From: a bacterium
Lineage (GTDB): Bacteria; UBA8248
Direction of reading: 5' to 3'
Assembly (NCBI GenBank): GCA_965213625.1
Contig: CBDBZU010000004.1
Location: forward strand, 3,328,001 to 3,392,000
DNA: 64,000 bases
In this document: piece by piece, positions 49,955 to 59,570 of the stretch
Layout of the letters: every line of letters begins with the position of its first letter
Position numbering within the stretch: position 1 is the first letter of the stretch
Made by a program: the position numbers and the translations under genes
Notes under the pieces: model-generated
Told to the model about the DNA's origin: nothing
The model's database searches: none
The model's input: the letters and a program-made list of their open reading frames with translations, nothing else

Positions 49955-51505
49955 TCAGGAAACCTCTCCTTCTTTCTGGCCCGCCATCAAGGCGCCTATC
50001 TGGTAGATGTCGTATTCGGGGCCGTCGAAGGCGCCCAGAATCTCCCCCGCATAGATGACGACGATGCGGTCGCTCATCTGGCAGAGTTCGTCCAGGTCTT
50101 CTGATATCAGCAGGACGCCCGCGCCGCCCGCGCGAAGCTCACGCAGCCGGCCGTGCACGAACGAGGCGGCCATGACGTCGAGCCCGCGCGTGGGGTTGTT
50201 CGCGATCATCACCTTCCCGCCCGTCCTGTGGGCGAGCATGACCGCGCGCGCCACGATGGTCTTCTGGATGTTCCCGCCCGAGAGGTGCGCGGCCGGCACG
50301 TGTTCGTTACGCGCCAGAATGTTGAACTCCGCAATCGCGTTCCTGCCCAACTCATGCGCGGCCTCGCGCTCGAACACCCCGCGCCGCCTGAAGATGTGCG
50401 GGTGGAGTCCCAACACGAAATTCTCCGCGAGACTCAGGCCCGGCAGAATCCCCTCCTCTATCCTGTCCTGCGGCAGGAGGCTCATCCCCCGCGCGATGCG
50501 CCCGGCCACCGAGAGGGCGGATACCTCCTCGCCGTCGATATGGACCTCGCCCGCTTCCGTCTCGATGAGACCGGCCAGGGCTTCCGCCAGCTCCTTCTGG
50601 CCGTTCCCCGAGATGCCTGCCATGCCGACGATGAGTCCCCGGGGAACGTCGAAGGCGACGCCGGTGAGCGGGACTCCCGACTTCGCCGAGGTGCGCACCC
50701 CCCGGACGGAAAGCGCGGGTGTTCCCTCACGCGCCGCCGAGGGTCCGGTCGGCCGCTCGCCCACGGGCGGCATGCCGCGCTCGCCCATCATCATCTGCAC
50801 GAGCCTGTCGCGGGTGGCCTCCTGGCGGGGGATGGTGTCTATCTTGCAGCCGCCCCGGAACACGGTGATGCGGTCGCAGTTGTCCAGGACCTCCTGGATC
50901 TTGTGCGTGATGAAGACGACCGTCAGCCCGCCCCTGGCGAAGGACTTGAGAATCGCGAACAGGCCGTCCACCTCGTGGGGGGTCAGCATGGTCGTCGGCT
51001 CATCGAGTATGAGGATGTCCGCGCCGTGGTAGAGCGCTTTCAGGATTTCGACTTTCTGCTGGATACCTGCGGGCAGGGTTTTCACCTGCTCGTCCAGCGG
51101 GATGGTGAGGCCGTAGTTCGCGGCCAGTTCCTCCACGGAGCTCCGCCTGGCTTCGACGTCGAGCCGCCAGCGCGAGCCCTCGCGGCCCAGCAGGATGTTC
51201 TCGAGCGCGGTGAAGTTGCCGATCAGCTCCACGTGCTGGTGCACCATCCCGACGCCGACCGCAATCGCATCCTGCGGCGAGTGGATATCCACCGCGCGCC
51301 CGTCGACCGCGATTCGCCCTTCGTCCATGCGGTAGAGGCCGCTCAGGATGTTCATGAGCGTGGTCTTGCCCGCGCCGTTCTCCCCGAGCAGGGCGTGTAT
51401 CTCCCCCTTGGCGGCCTCGAAGTCCACCGCGTCCAGGGCGCGGACCGCCCCGAAGGACTTGCTGACGCCGGTCATCTCGACGCAGGAGTCGTTGTGTTCC
51501 GTCAT
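49955..51505 (-). CDS. ABC transporter ATP-binding protein (fused double NBD, CUT2 type)
   Basis: GENGAGKT, ILDEPT, LSGGNIQK, PTRGLD. Confidence 0.95.
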   Translation of the reverse strand: MTEHNDSCVEMTGVSKSFGAVRALDAVDFEAAKGEIHALLGENGAGKTTLMNILSGLYRMDEGRIAVDGRAVDIHSPQDAIAVGVGMVHQHVELIGNFTALENILLGREGSRWRLDVEARRSSVEELAANYGLTIPLDEQVKTLPAGIQQKVEILKALYHGADILILDEPTTMLTPHEVDGLFAILKSFARGGLTVVFITHKIQEVLDNCDRITVFRGGCKIDTIPRQEATRDRLVQMMMGERGMPPVGERPTGPSAAREGTPALSVRGVRTSAKSGVPLTGVAFDVPRGLIVGMAGISGNGQKELAEALAGLIETEAGEVHIDGEEVSALSVAGRIARGMSLLPQDRIEEGILPGLSLAENFVLGLHPHIFRRRGVFEREAAHELGRNAIAEFNILARNEHVPAAHLSGGNIQKTIVARAVMLAHRTGGKVMIANNPTRGLDVMAASFVHGRLRELRAGGAGVLLISEDLDELCQMSDRIVVIYAGEILGAFDGPEYDIYQIGALMAGQKEGEVS

Positions 51506-51584
51506 AACGCCTTCCGTTCCAGGCGCCCCCGCCCTTGATCGCAAATCCGGGAGGGGGCGCCCACACCTTCTATTTACTTCCTGT

Positions 51585-52586
51585 TTACTTCGCCAGCATG
51601 ACCTTCTTCATCACGAGCCGGGGCTTGATCGCGCCCGAGCGCACTTTGCCATACGTCTCCTTGGTTCGCTTCACGGCCTCGGCGGATACGTTCCCCAGCG
51701 AGCCGAGCTCGAAGCCGTTCCCCAGGTTCATGGCGACGTATCCCCCCGGCGATCCTTTCAGGATTCCGTCCATCACCTGCCGGTAGGGAGGCCGGAAGTC
51801 GATGATCAGCGTGCCCGCGAAGTGCTTGGGCGCCTTGTCCGTCTTGTCGGTGTAGAACGTGGTGATCAGCACCTTGCCCTTCGCCTTCTTGGCGGCCTCC
51901 GCCACGCCGTACACGCCAAGATTCACCATGTTGATGATGAAGTCGACGCCGCCTGCGATCATGGCGTCGGCGGTCTGGCGCGCCTTGACCGGATCGTTCT
52001 GGTTGCCGGTGAAGGCGTAGGAGAGCTTCGCCTTGGGGTTGGTCGCCTTGAGCGCGTCCGAAATCGTGTTGATGGAAGCCTTGAAGTCCGGAAGCGGAAT
52101 GCCCGCGATGACGCTCACCTTGTTCGACTTCGTCGAGAGGCCGGCCAGCACGCCGAAGGGATAGAAGGCCTCGTAATAGTGGCGGTGAATGTTCCAGACG
52201 TTCTTGGGCACCTTGAATTTTCCGGAACTCTCCATGACGAAGGTCACTTCTGGAAATTTCGGCGCCAGCTTCTGCACGAGCCGGACGTACTGCCCGCCGT
52301 GGAAGCCGATGATGGTGAAGCCCGAGGAAATGTATTCGCGCGCCACCCGCTCGGCGTCCGCAGGCGAGATGCGCTCCGAATAGGATGTCTCGATCTTGTA
52401 CTTCTTCTTGATGTCCTGGGCGACCTCGTAGCCGCGGAAGTTGTAGTCCGCATCCTCGATGGGTCCGGGCAGGATGACGGCGAACTTGTGGGCCTTCGCG
52501 GCGAGCGCCGTGCCAGGCGCGATCAGGGCCAGGGCGATGAGCGCGGCGGCGGCGAAGAACAGTCTGCGTGTCCATTTGGTTTTCAT
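51585..52586 (-). CDS. BMP family ABC substrate-binding protein (purine/nucleoside-like)
   Basis: Signal peptide, LPGPIEDADYN; SD AAGGAGG before ATG 52586. Confidence 0.88.
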   Translation of the reverse strand: MKTKWTRRLFFAAAALIALALIAPGTALAAKAHKFAVILPGPIEDADYNFRGYEVAQDIKKKYKIETSYSERISPADAERVAREYISSGFTIIGFHGGQYVRLVQKLAPKFPEVTFVMESSGKFKVPKNVWNIHRHYYEAFYPFGVLAGLSTKSNKVSVIAGIPLPDFKASINTISDALKATNPKAKLSYAFTGNQNDPVKARQTADAMIAGGVDFIINMVNLGVYGVAEAAKKAKGKVLITTFYTDKTDKAPKHFAGTLIIDFRPPYRQVMDGILKGSPGGYVAMNLGNGFELGSLGNVSAEAVKRTKETYGKVRSGAIKPRLVMKKVMLAK

Positions 52587-52631
52587 TTCACATTCCTCCT
52601 TGATGAGAAAACACGATATCCCGGGCACCGG

Positions 52632-53573
52632 TCAGTTCCGGGCTTCACGGTCGTATGGCCTCGTGAGCGCGCGCGGGCTTTCGGCCCCCCGCGCGACCTG
52701 GACCAGAACTATCATGGCGAACACGTACGGCAGCATGAGTAAAAACTGCGGCGGTATGAGTTGGGCGTATTGCGGCAGGGCGTTCACCTTGAACTGGAAG
52801 GCGTCAACGTAGGCGAAGAGCAGCGCGCCGACGAACGACCAGACCGGCACCCAGCGACCGAATATCACCAGCATCAGGGCGAGCCATCCCCTGCCGTTCA
52901 CGATGTTGTCCGTAAACGACCCCGAGATCACGAGCGGCAGGTACGCGCCCGCGACGCCCAGGAAAAGTCCGCCCACAACGCACGCGCCGTAGCGCATCCG
53001 GGCGACGTCTATCCCCACCGTGTCCGCCGCGCGCGGGTTTTCCCCGCAGGCGCGGAGCCTCAGGCCCAGCGGCGTCTTGAACAGAAAGAAACTCACCGCA
53101 GCGACGAGGAAATAGGACATGTAGACGAGCCCGTTCTGCGCGAAGAAAATCTCGCCGATGAAGGGGATGCTCCCCAGCAGCGGGATGTGTATCTCTTTTA
53201 GTGTCGGCACCTGGGGGATGGACTGCACGACGCCCACCGCCAGCCGGTAGATGGTGGGCGAGATTCCCAACCCCAGGACGAATATCCCTAGCCCGATGAC
53301 GATCTGGTTCGCCCGCAGGGTGATCGAGAAATACGCCAGGAGCAGCGTCAGGACGCTCCCCGAGAGCGCCGCGACCATGCAACCGATGATCGCGCTGCCC
53401 GAGTAGTAGGTGAGCAGAAAGCCCGTCACCGAACCGAGCGTCACGACCCCCTCGATGCCGACGTTCAGTATCCCCGAGCGCTCGATGATGGTCTCGCCCA
53501 GGCACGCGATGATGAGCGGCGCCATCATGAGCATCGTGAGCTGGAAAAGGGATATGTCGAACAAAAGGGACAA
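52632..53573 (-). CDS. ABC transporter permease (nucleoside/CUT2 type)
   Basis: ERSGILNVGIEG, GLRLRACGENP, GRGWLAL; TTG start after GGGAG. Confidence 0.93.
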   Translation of the reverse strand: MSLLFDISLFQLTMLMMAPLIIACLGETIIERSGILNVGIEGVVTLGSVTGFLLTYYSGSAIIGCMVAALSGSVLTLLLAYFSITLRANQIVIGLGIFVLGLGISPTIYRLAVGVVQSIPQVPTLKEIHIPLLGSIPFIGEIFFAQNGLVYMSYFLVAAVSFFLFKTPLGLRLRACGENPRAADTVGIDVARMRYGACVVGGLFLGVAGAYLPLVISGSFTDNIVNGRGWLALMLVIFGRWVPVWSFVGALLFAYVDAFQFKVNALPQYAQLIPPQFLLMLPYVFAMIVLVQVARGAESPRALTRPYDREARN

Positions 53574-53925
53574 GAAGGCGCACTCCCGACAATGGTGTGA
53601 AAATGCGAAAACTCGCCTCCGAGTGCCGCTTCCCGGGAGACGGGGTGTATGTCCTTGTGGCTTGGCGTCAGTATGCCTTATATATCCTCAAATTCAAAAT
53701 CTAGCGATTTTTTTTCCTGCGTGTAACGCGGATTCCCTTTCTCTCCGGTTCACTCCGGTTTTGGAAAACCGGCCGGCACGCCGCGCACCGTTCGACGTGA
53801 AAGCGGATGCGTTGCCCGCCGCTTTTGGTTCATACATAATGCGCGCATTGCACACGCTTCCCATAATGAACCGACTGCCAAGATGGAGATCGTTTCTTTT
53901 CTTCCTCCTATAGGAGACCTCCGAG

Positions 53926-54642
53926 ATGGAATTGATCGATCTGAGCATGGAAATTTACCGGGACATGCCGATTTACCCGGACCTCCCCGGCCCCTCACTC
54001 ACCGTCGATGAAGACTGGGACACCGTGGCCAGGCGGACGGGCTCCATCAATTACGGCGCCCCCATCGTAACGAACCACTGCGTCATCTTCATGAGCGATC
54101 ACACGGGAACGCACATCGACTCCCCCTGGCACAACAATCCCGACGGCTTCACGACCGAGCGCATCCCGATCGAATGGTGCATGTCTGACGGCGTCGTTCT
54201 CGATTTCACAGATAAAGAGTCGGGCTACGCCATTACGGCGGCGGACTTAGAAGGCGCGCTCCAGAAAATCGACTACACCCTCAAGCCGCTCGACATCGTG
54301 CTCATCCGCACCGACGCGAGCGTGGACTGGCAGACGAACCCCGACTACACCATGAACCAGCCCGGCATGAGCGCCGAGGCGACACACTACTTAATCGACA
54401 ACGGTATCCGCGTGATGGGTATCGACGCGAGCGGCTGGGACGTGCCGATCTGGAAGATGCACGAGACGCGCAGCTACTGGGAGGCCCACCGGGTCATGCT
54501 GGAGAAGGACTACTGCCACATCGAGAACATGATTAACCTGAACCTCATCCCCAAGTCCCACGGGTTCAAGCTCTCGGTGCTGCCCATCAAGTTCCGCGGC
54601 ATGTCGGGCTCCCCCATTCGCGCGGTGGCTATCATCGAGTAG
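53926..54642 (+). CDS. Cyclase family (kynurenine formamidase-like) metal-dependent amidohydrolase
   Basis: HTGTHIDSPWH, GID, HIEN, GSPIRAVA. Confidence 0.93.
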   Translation: MELIDLSMEIYRDMPIYPDLPGPSLTVDEDWDTVARRTGSINYGAPIVTNHCVIFMSDHTGTHIDSPWHNNPDGFTTERIPIEWCMSDGVVLDFTDKESGYAITAADLEGALQKIDYTLKPLDIVLIRTDASVDWQTNPDYTMNQPGMSAEATHYLIDNGIRVMGIDASGWDVPIWKMHETRSYWEAHRVMLEKDYCHIENMINLNLIPKSHGFKLSVLPIKFRGMSGSPIRAVAIIE

Positions 54643-54667
54643 TCCCCGGGCAACGGAAGCGAGTGAA

Positions 54668-56224
54668 ATGGCGCTGGCCGTCCGCGTCTTAAGCGGCGCG
54701 TACCACGATTCGGTGAAGCTCATGCGCATCAGCGCCGCCGCCTGCGAACGATCGGGCGTCCGGGGGGCGGCGGCCCTCATGGGCACGCCGATGAACCTGG
54801 AGCAACTCGCAGCAAGCGGCCTGTTGGCGGAAGAGGCGAAAAGCGCCGGGCCGAACGACCTCGTACTCGTCGTGGATGCGGAAGACACAGACGCGGCGCA
54901 AGAAGAACTCACCAATATGGAAGCGGCGCTTACCGCCCCCCGCACAAGCGGCGGAGCAGGCCCGCTCGCGAATCTCTCCGCCCCCACGCTCGACGCCGCC
55001 CTCGGTGAAGACCCCGCGATAAACCTCGCCCTCTTCTCGATTCCCGGCCCGAGCGTGCGCAGAGAGGCCGAGCGCGCACTGCGTAAGGGCCTCCACTGCC
55101 TGATCTTCAGCGACAACGTATCCGTAGAAGATGAGGTGGCCCTCAAGCAAATGGGGCGCGATAAGGACTTGCTCGTCATGGGTCCCGACTGCGGCACGGC
55201 GCATGTCGGAGGTATCGGCCTCGGTTTTTGCAACGTCATGAGGCCTGGAAAAATCGGGATCGCGGGCGCTGCGGGCACGGGGATTCAGGAGGCCATGGCC
55301 GCCATCGACGCTGCGGGCGGCGGCATCTCCTGCGCCCTGGGAACCGGCGGGCGTGACGTGTCGGACGCCGTCGGTGGCCTCGGCATGATCCAGGCCATCG
55401 AAACTTTAAGAGAGGATGCGGCGACGGAGGTTCTCCTCGTTCTCGGGAAACCGCCCGAGCCCGCCGCCATGAAAAAAGTGTTGGAGACGACTGCTCGGTG
55501 CGCAAAACCCGTCGTCATCCACTTCGTCGGGGACCGGAGCGAGGATGTCCGCAAACACCCCGGTCTTCACGCGGCGGATTCTCTGGCAGAGGCGGGGCGG
55601 CTCGCCGTCTCGCTGAGCGGTGGACACGCCGACGCTACACCTCCAGAACTCGACTCCGAGGCCAAAGGAAAAATCGCCCAGTGGAGCCGCGTGCGCGAAA
55701 AAGGCCGCCGATTCCTGCGCGGCGTCTACACGGGCGGAACGCTTTGCGCCGAGGCGCAGGCGATCGTTGGTAAAACTATATCGGGGATTCGCTCCAACAC
55801 GCCCGTGAATAAAACGAATGGCGCTATGTCTGACCCCATGAGATCGCAGGGCCATTCCGTCGTGGATATGGGCGACGACCTCTTCACGCGGGGAAAACCC
55901 CATCCCATGATTGACCCCGCGCCCAGAAGCGCGCGTATCCTTCAGGAAGCCCGTGACCCCGAAACGGCGGTGGTGCTCTTGGACTTGGTGCTGGGTCTCG
56001 GTGCGCATGAAGACCCGGCGGGAGAGGCCGCTAAAGCTATAGAGAGTGCGAGAGTCTCTCATCCAGGCGTCTTGTTCATCGGTTCGGTGACGGGAACAGA
56101 AGGCGACCCGCAGGGTATTACGGCCCAGCGCGCCAGATTGAAAAAGGCCGGCGTCCTGGTGGCGGATACGCACGCCGGAGCCTGTCTCGCCGCCGTTTTT
56201 GCACTAGAGGGGCTGGGCGGATGA
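54668..56224 (+). CDS. fdrA: FdrA family protein (acyl-CoA synthetase-like; oxamate carbamoyltransferase subunit homolog)
   Basis: YHDSVKLM, FSDNV, MGPDCGT, GTGGRD, GGTLC, PHPMIDP. Confidence 0.92.
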   Translation: MALAVRVLSGAYHDSVKLMRISAAACERSGVRGAAALMGTPMNLEQLAASGLLAEEAKSAGPNDLVLVVDAEDTDAAQEELTNMEAALTAPRTSGGAGPLANLSAPTLDAALGEDPAINLALFSIPGPSVRREAERALRKGLHCLIFSDNVSVEDEVALKQMGRDKDLLVMGPDCGTAHVGGIGLGFCNVMRPGKIGIAGAAGTGIQEAMAAIDAAGGGISCALGTGGRDVSDAVGGLGMIQAIETLREDAATEVLLVLGKPPEPAAMKKVLETTARCAKPVVIHFVGDRSEDVRKHPGLHAADSLAEAGRLAVSLSGGHADATPPELDSEAKGKIAQWSRVREKGRRFLRGVYTGGTLCAEAQAIVGKTISGIRSNTPVNKTNGAMSDPMRSQGHSVVDMGDDLFTRGKPHPMIDPAPRSARILQEARDPETAVVLLDLVLGLGAHEDPAGEAAKAIESARVSHPGVLFIGSVTGTEGDPQGITAQRARLKKAGVLVADTHAGACLAAVFALEGLGG

Positions 56225-57639
56225 GCAGAATAAATTTACTTGAGGGCGTCCGCGTCGCCAACGTCGGCGTGGCGTTGTTCGCGGAAAGTTTGGCCGCGCA
56301 GAATGCCCCCGTGGTGCAGGTGGACTGGCGTCCCCCCGCCGGAGGAGACCCCGAAATGATCGAACACCTCGACCGACTGTCGGTTTGTGATGCCGCGAAC
56401 GACGACGCCATCGAGCGGCTTCAGGCCGCAAGGCCCGTATGGGTGGACATCGGGCTCGCCATAGATGACGTCCCCGGCATGGGTGAGCGCACCCTCTTGC
56501 ACGCAGGACCTCCCATCACCTGGGAACACATGTCGGGGCCTCTCAAGGGCGCGATGATCGGCGCGGCCCTTCTGGAAGGCTGGGCGCAGAACGCGGACGC
56601 TGCCGAACAACTCTGCGCGAGCGGAGAAATTACTTTCGAACCCTGCCACCACCACGCGGCGGTGGGGCCAATGGCGGGCGTGGTCTCGCCCTCGATGCCG
56701 GTGAGCATCATCGAAAACCGCGCGCCCGAAGAACTCGGAGGCGGCGGGAGGGCCTATTGCACGCTGAACGAAGGCCTGGGCAAGGTGCTGCGTTACGGCG
56801 CGTATTCAGAAGACGTGCTGACGCGCCTCAGATGGATGGCGGACGAGCTGGCCCCCGCCCTTCGCGCGGCGCTGCGGGCGACCCCTGAGGGCCTGGATAT
56901 CAAGAACGTCATCGCGCGCGCCCTGCAGATGGGCGATGAGGCCCACAACCGGAACGTCGCGGCCACCTCCACGGTCGCCCGCACCCTCATGCCATACCTC
57001 GCGGAGGCGGTGAGCGATACAGGGGTGATCTTCCGCGTGGCGGAATTTCTTGCAGGCAACGATCACTTCTTCCTGAATCTCGCGATGCCCGCCGCCAAGG
57101 CGAGCCTGGACACCATGGCGGGGGTCGAGGGCTGCTCTCTGGTCTACGCCATGTCGCGCAACGGGACGGATTTCGGCATCAGGGTCGCCGGCCTGGGGGA
57201 CGCGTGGTTCACGGCGCCCGCGAAGCACCCGGTGGGACTGTTCTTCCCGGGCTACTCACAAGAGGACGCCAACCCCGACATCGGGGATTCCGCCATCATG
57301 GAGACGCTCGGCGTCGGCGGCTTCGCCATGGCCGCGGCGCCCGCCATTGTCGAGTTCGTGGGCGGCTCGACGGCGGAAGCATTCCAGGCGACGAACGAGA
57401 TGTACGGCATCACCTGGTCACGGAGCCGCGACTACACCCTGCCCGCCCTCGATTTCGCCGGCGTGCCGACAGGGGTCGACGTGCGCAAAGTGATCGAGAC
57501 GGGCATCTACCCCGTCATCAACACCGGAATCGCCCATAAGGAAGCGGGCATAGGACAGATAGGCGCAGGGGTTCTGCGCGCGCCCGAAGCGCCGTTCCAA
57601 AAAGCCTTCGAAGCTCTGGTCGAGAAATTGTCAAGGTAG
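56221..57639 (+). CDS. DUF1116 (YlbE/YahG) family protein
   Basis: DWRPPAGG, LLHAGPP, VGPMAG, NEGLGKVLR, MGDEAHNRN, GDSAI, INTGIAH; ATGA overlap with fdrA. Confidence 0.92.
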   Translation: MSRINLLEGVRVANVGVALFAESLAAQNAPVVQVDWRPPAGGDPEMIEHLDRLSVCDAANDDAIERLQAARPVWVDIGLAIDDVPGMGERTLLHAGPPITWEHMSGPLKGAMIGAALLEGWAQNADAAEQLCASGEITFEPCHHHAAVGPMAGVVSPSMPVSIIENRAPEELGGGGRAYCTLNEGLGKVLRYGAYSEDVLTRLRWMADELAPALRAALRATPEGLDIKNVIARALQMGDEAHNRNVAATSTVARTLMPYLAEAVSDTGVIFRVAEFLAGNDHFFLNLAMPAAKASLDTMAGVEGCSLVYAMSRNGTDFGIRVAGLGDAWFTAPAKHPVGLFFPGYSQEDANPDIGDSAIMETLGVGGFAMAAAPAIVEFVGGSTAEAFQATNEMYGITWSRSRDYTLPALDFAGVPTGVDVRKVIETGIYPVINTGIAHKEAGIGQIGAGVLRAPEAPFQKAFEALVEKLSR

Positions 57640-57716
57640 CCGTTCAGGGCTGTTCAGTGCAAGAAAAACCACTCAATTTGGCTCGCGTCAAACGCTCGCT
57701 CTGCGCTTGCGATTGA

Positions 57717-57983
57717 CTATCTGGTTCGCTCGATGAGTTCGCGCAGGGCCATGCGGCTTTCCACCTGCCCTTCGATGAGTTCGCGCAGGGACGCCATCGA
57801 CTCCTCGTGTCTGCGGATGCCTTCTTCTTCCCTGCGGCGGGATTCGGCCATCGCTTCGGCGTGTTTGCGCTCTGAGTCGGCTGCGCGCAATTCGGCGCCT
57901 TTCGCCATGACACGGATGCCATAATAGATCAGGGCGAGACCGCCGTAAGAGGCAATGAGGTTGAGGTATTCGAACGTCGTCAT
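57717..57983 (-). CDS. Small single-TM coiled-coil protein, copy 3 (88 aa)
   Basis: MTTFEYLNLIASYGGLALIYYGIRVMAKGAELRAADSE...LRELIERTR; SD GGGAG. Confidence 0.75.
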   Translation of the reverse strand: MTTFEYLNLIASYGGLALIYYGIRVMAKGAELRAADSERKHAEAMAESRRREEEGIRRHEESMASLRELIEGQVESRMALRELIERTR

Positions 57984-58021
57984 GCCAATTCTCCCAGGAT
58001 ATGGGCCCCTCATTTTCCTCG

Positions 58022-58057
58022 TTAAGTAATGACTAACTATTAAGTAATGACTAACTA
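58022..58057. repeat. Perfect 18-bp tandem duplication
   Basis: TTAAGTAATGACTAACTA x2. Confidence 0.9.
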
Positions 58058-58095
58058 TATATAAGAGTTGAATTCGCGTTTCGTCAAATCCCCCT

Positions 58096-58262
58096 GTAGT
58101 GACAGCCCCTCCTCGGGGCTGTCCCGCAGGTCGAGACCTGCCCGTCCCTACCTTACCGACGAATTCCCTCAAACGCCGAGCTTGACAAGCCGTCCTCTGA
58201 ATCAAGCACATCCAGATTACCGGCCTTCTTCGTCCGTCATTCCGGCATACGCCGGGATGACG
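58096..58262. repeat. GTAG-type REPs and a CGTC-type palindrome
   Basis: GTAGTGACAGCCCCTCCTCGGGGCTGTCCC (58096-58125); CGTCATTCCGGCATACGCCGGGATGACG (58235-58262). Confidence 0.8.
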
Positions 58263-58445
58263 ACGTTTTGTGATCAATACCGAAAAAAAGGTCATAACGC
58301 CCCTGTGTTTTCGCTTAGGGTTTGCGCGGCGCGTTTTGGGAGCTATGATAAAGATATCTTAAGAAGAATAAATCAACGGTGGGAAATTACCGGCCATTGG
58401 GTTCGTACTTTGGTTTCGCATCGTATTCAAGGAGAGGAGTTAACC

Positions 58446-59414
58446 ATGGAATATACGAAATCGGAAGCGAAAGCGTATTGCAGGGAACACATGACGGGCG
58501 TCTGGGCAGCCCTCACGACACCCTTCACGCCATCTGGAGAACTGGACGAAGAGGGCCTTCGCCGGATCGTGAGAACGTGCATCGACGATCTGAAGATCGA
58601 CGGGTTTTTCTGCAACGGGCTGATGGGCGAGTACTGGTCGCTCTCGCCGGAAGAACGCAAGCGTGTCCAGCACATCGTCTGCGAGGAAAGCCGGGGAGGC
58701 GCGCAGACCATCCCCCACACCCCGCACATCAACATCAAAGAGGCGGTGGAACTCACGAAACACGCAGAGGAAGTGGGGGCGGATTACGCCATCATGATCA
58801 ACCCGATCTACGGCGCGCACGATGACGACGAGATTTTCCTCTATTTCAAGACCATCTGCGATCAGATAGATATAGGGCTTTCACTGTTCAACCAGCCGAA
58901 GTCGGGCACGACGCTCAGCCCCGAACTCATCGAGCGACTTTGTACGCTCGAGAACATCTGCTGCATCAAGAACGCGGTTCCGAGCATGGCGCACCAGAGC
59001 GAAGTGCGACGCCGCGTGGGGGACGAAATCGTCGTCTGCGACCCGAACGAGGAGAACTTTCTCGTGAGCCTCCTGCACCTGGGAATGCAGGTGCACATGT
59101 CCTCGCCCGTGCCGTATCTCTTCCAGGTGCCGAGCTATACGCCGATACGCAATTACTACGAGGCGGCGATGGCCGGCGACCTGGAGAAGGCCTGGCAGAT
59201 CAACTACTCGCTCGAGCCCCTTCGCACGGTCCGCAAGAAGTATTTCACGACGGGTCCGAACGGACGCACAACGGCGTATCTCAAAGAATGGTCGAGTCTG
59301 CTCGGCATGCCCGCAGGCGATCCGCGTCCACCCATCGTGCCCCTCACGCAGCGGGAGAAGGACGCATTCAGAAAAGACCTGGAGGCGACGGGGATACTGG
59401 ACCGAGTGAAGTAG
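58446..59414 (+). CDS. Dihydrodipicolinate synthase family (DapA-like) aldolase/lyase
   Basis: ALTTPF, NGLMGEYWSLSPEERK, CIKN Schiff-base Lys; SD GAGGAG. Confidence 0.9.
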   Translation: MEYTKSEAKAYCREHMTGVWAALTTPFTPSGELDEEGLRRIVRTCIDDLKIDGFFCNGLMGEYWSLSPEERKRVQHIVCEESRGGAQTIPHTPHINIKEAVELTKHAEEVGADYAIMINPIYGAHDDDEIFLYFKTICDQIDIGLSLFNQPKSGTTLSPELIERLCTLENICCIKNAVPSMAHQSEVRRRVGDEIVVCDPNEENFLVSLLHLGMQVHMSSPVPYLFQVPSYTPIRNYYEAAMAGDLEKAWQINYSLEPLRTVRKKYFTTGPNGRTTAYLKEWSSLLGMPAGDPRPPIVPLTQREKDAFRKDLEATGILDRVK

Positions 59415-59423
59415 GGTTTGATT

Positions 59424-59451
59424 GCAGGGACAGGTCGTGACGTGTCCCTAC
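59424..59451. repeat. GTAG-type REP
   Basis: GCAGGGACAGGTCGTGACGTGTCCCTAC, a variant of 48687-48714. Confidence 0.8.
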
Positions 59452-59570
59452 GCATTCGGCGATTGTGATTTTCGTTCGTAATAACGGCGCAAACAGGAAC
59501 GACGTAGGTTGTAGAAAGGGGGATATTTCACTTTCACTTAGTTCCCAACATACCGAATGGAGGTGCCACT

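Noticed and set aside
48733-52742. Long plus-strand ORFs (441, 325, 461 and 464 aa)
   Set aside because: Antisense shadows of GC-rich ABC transporter genes, with no recognisable motifs.
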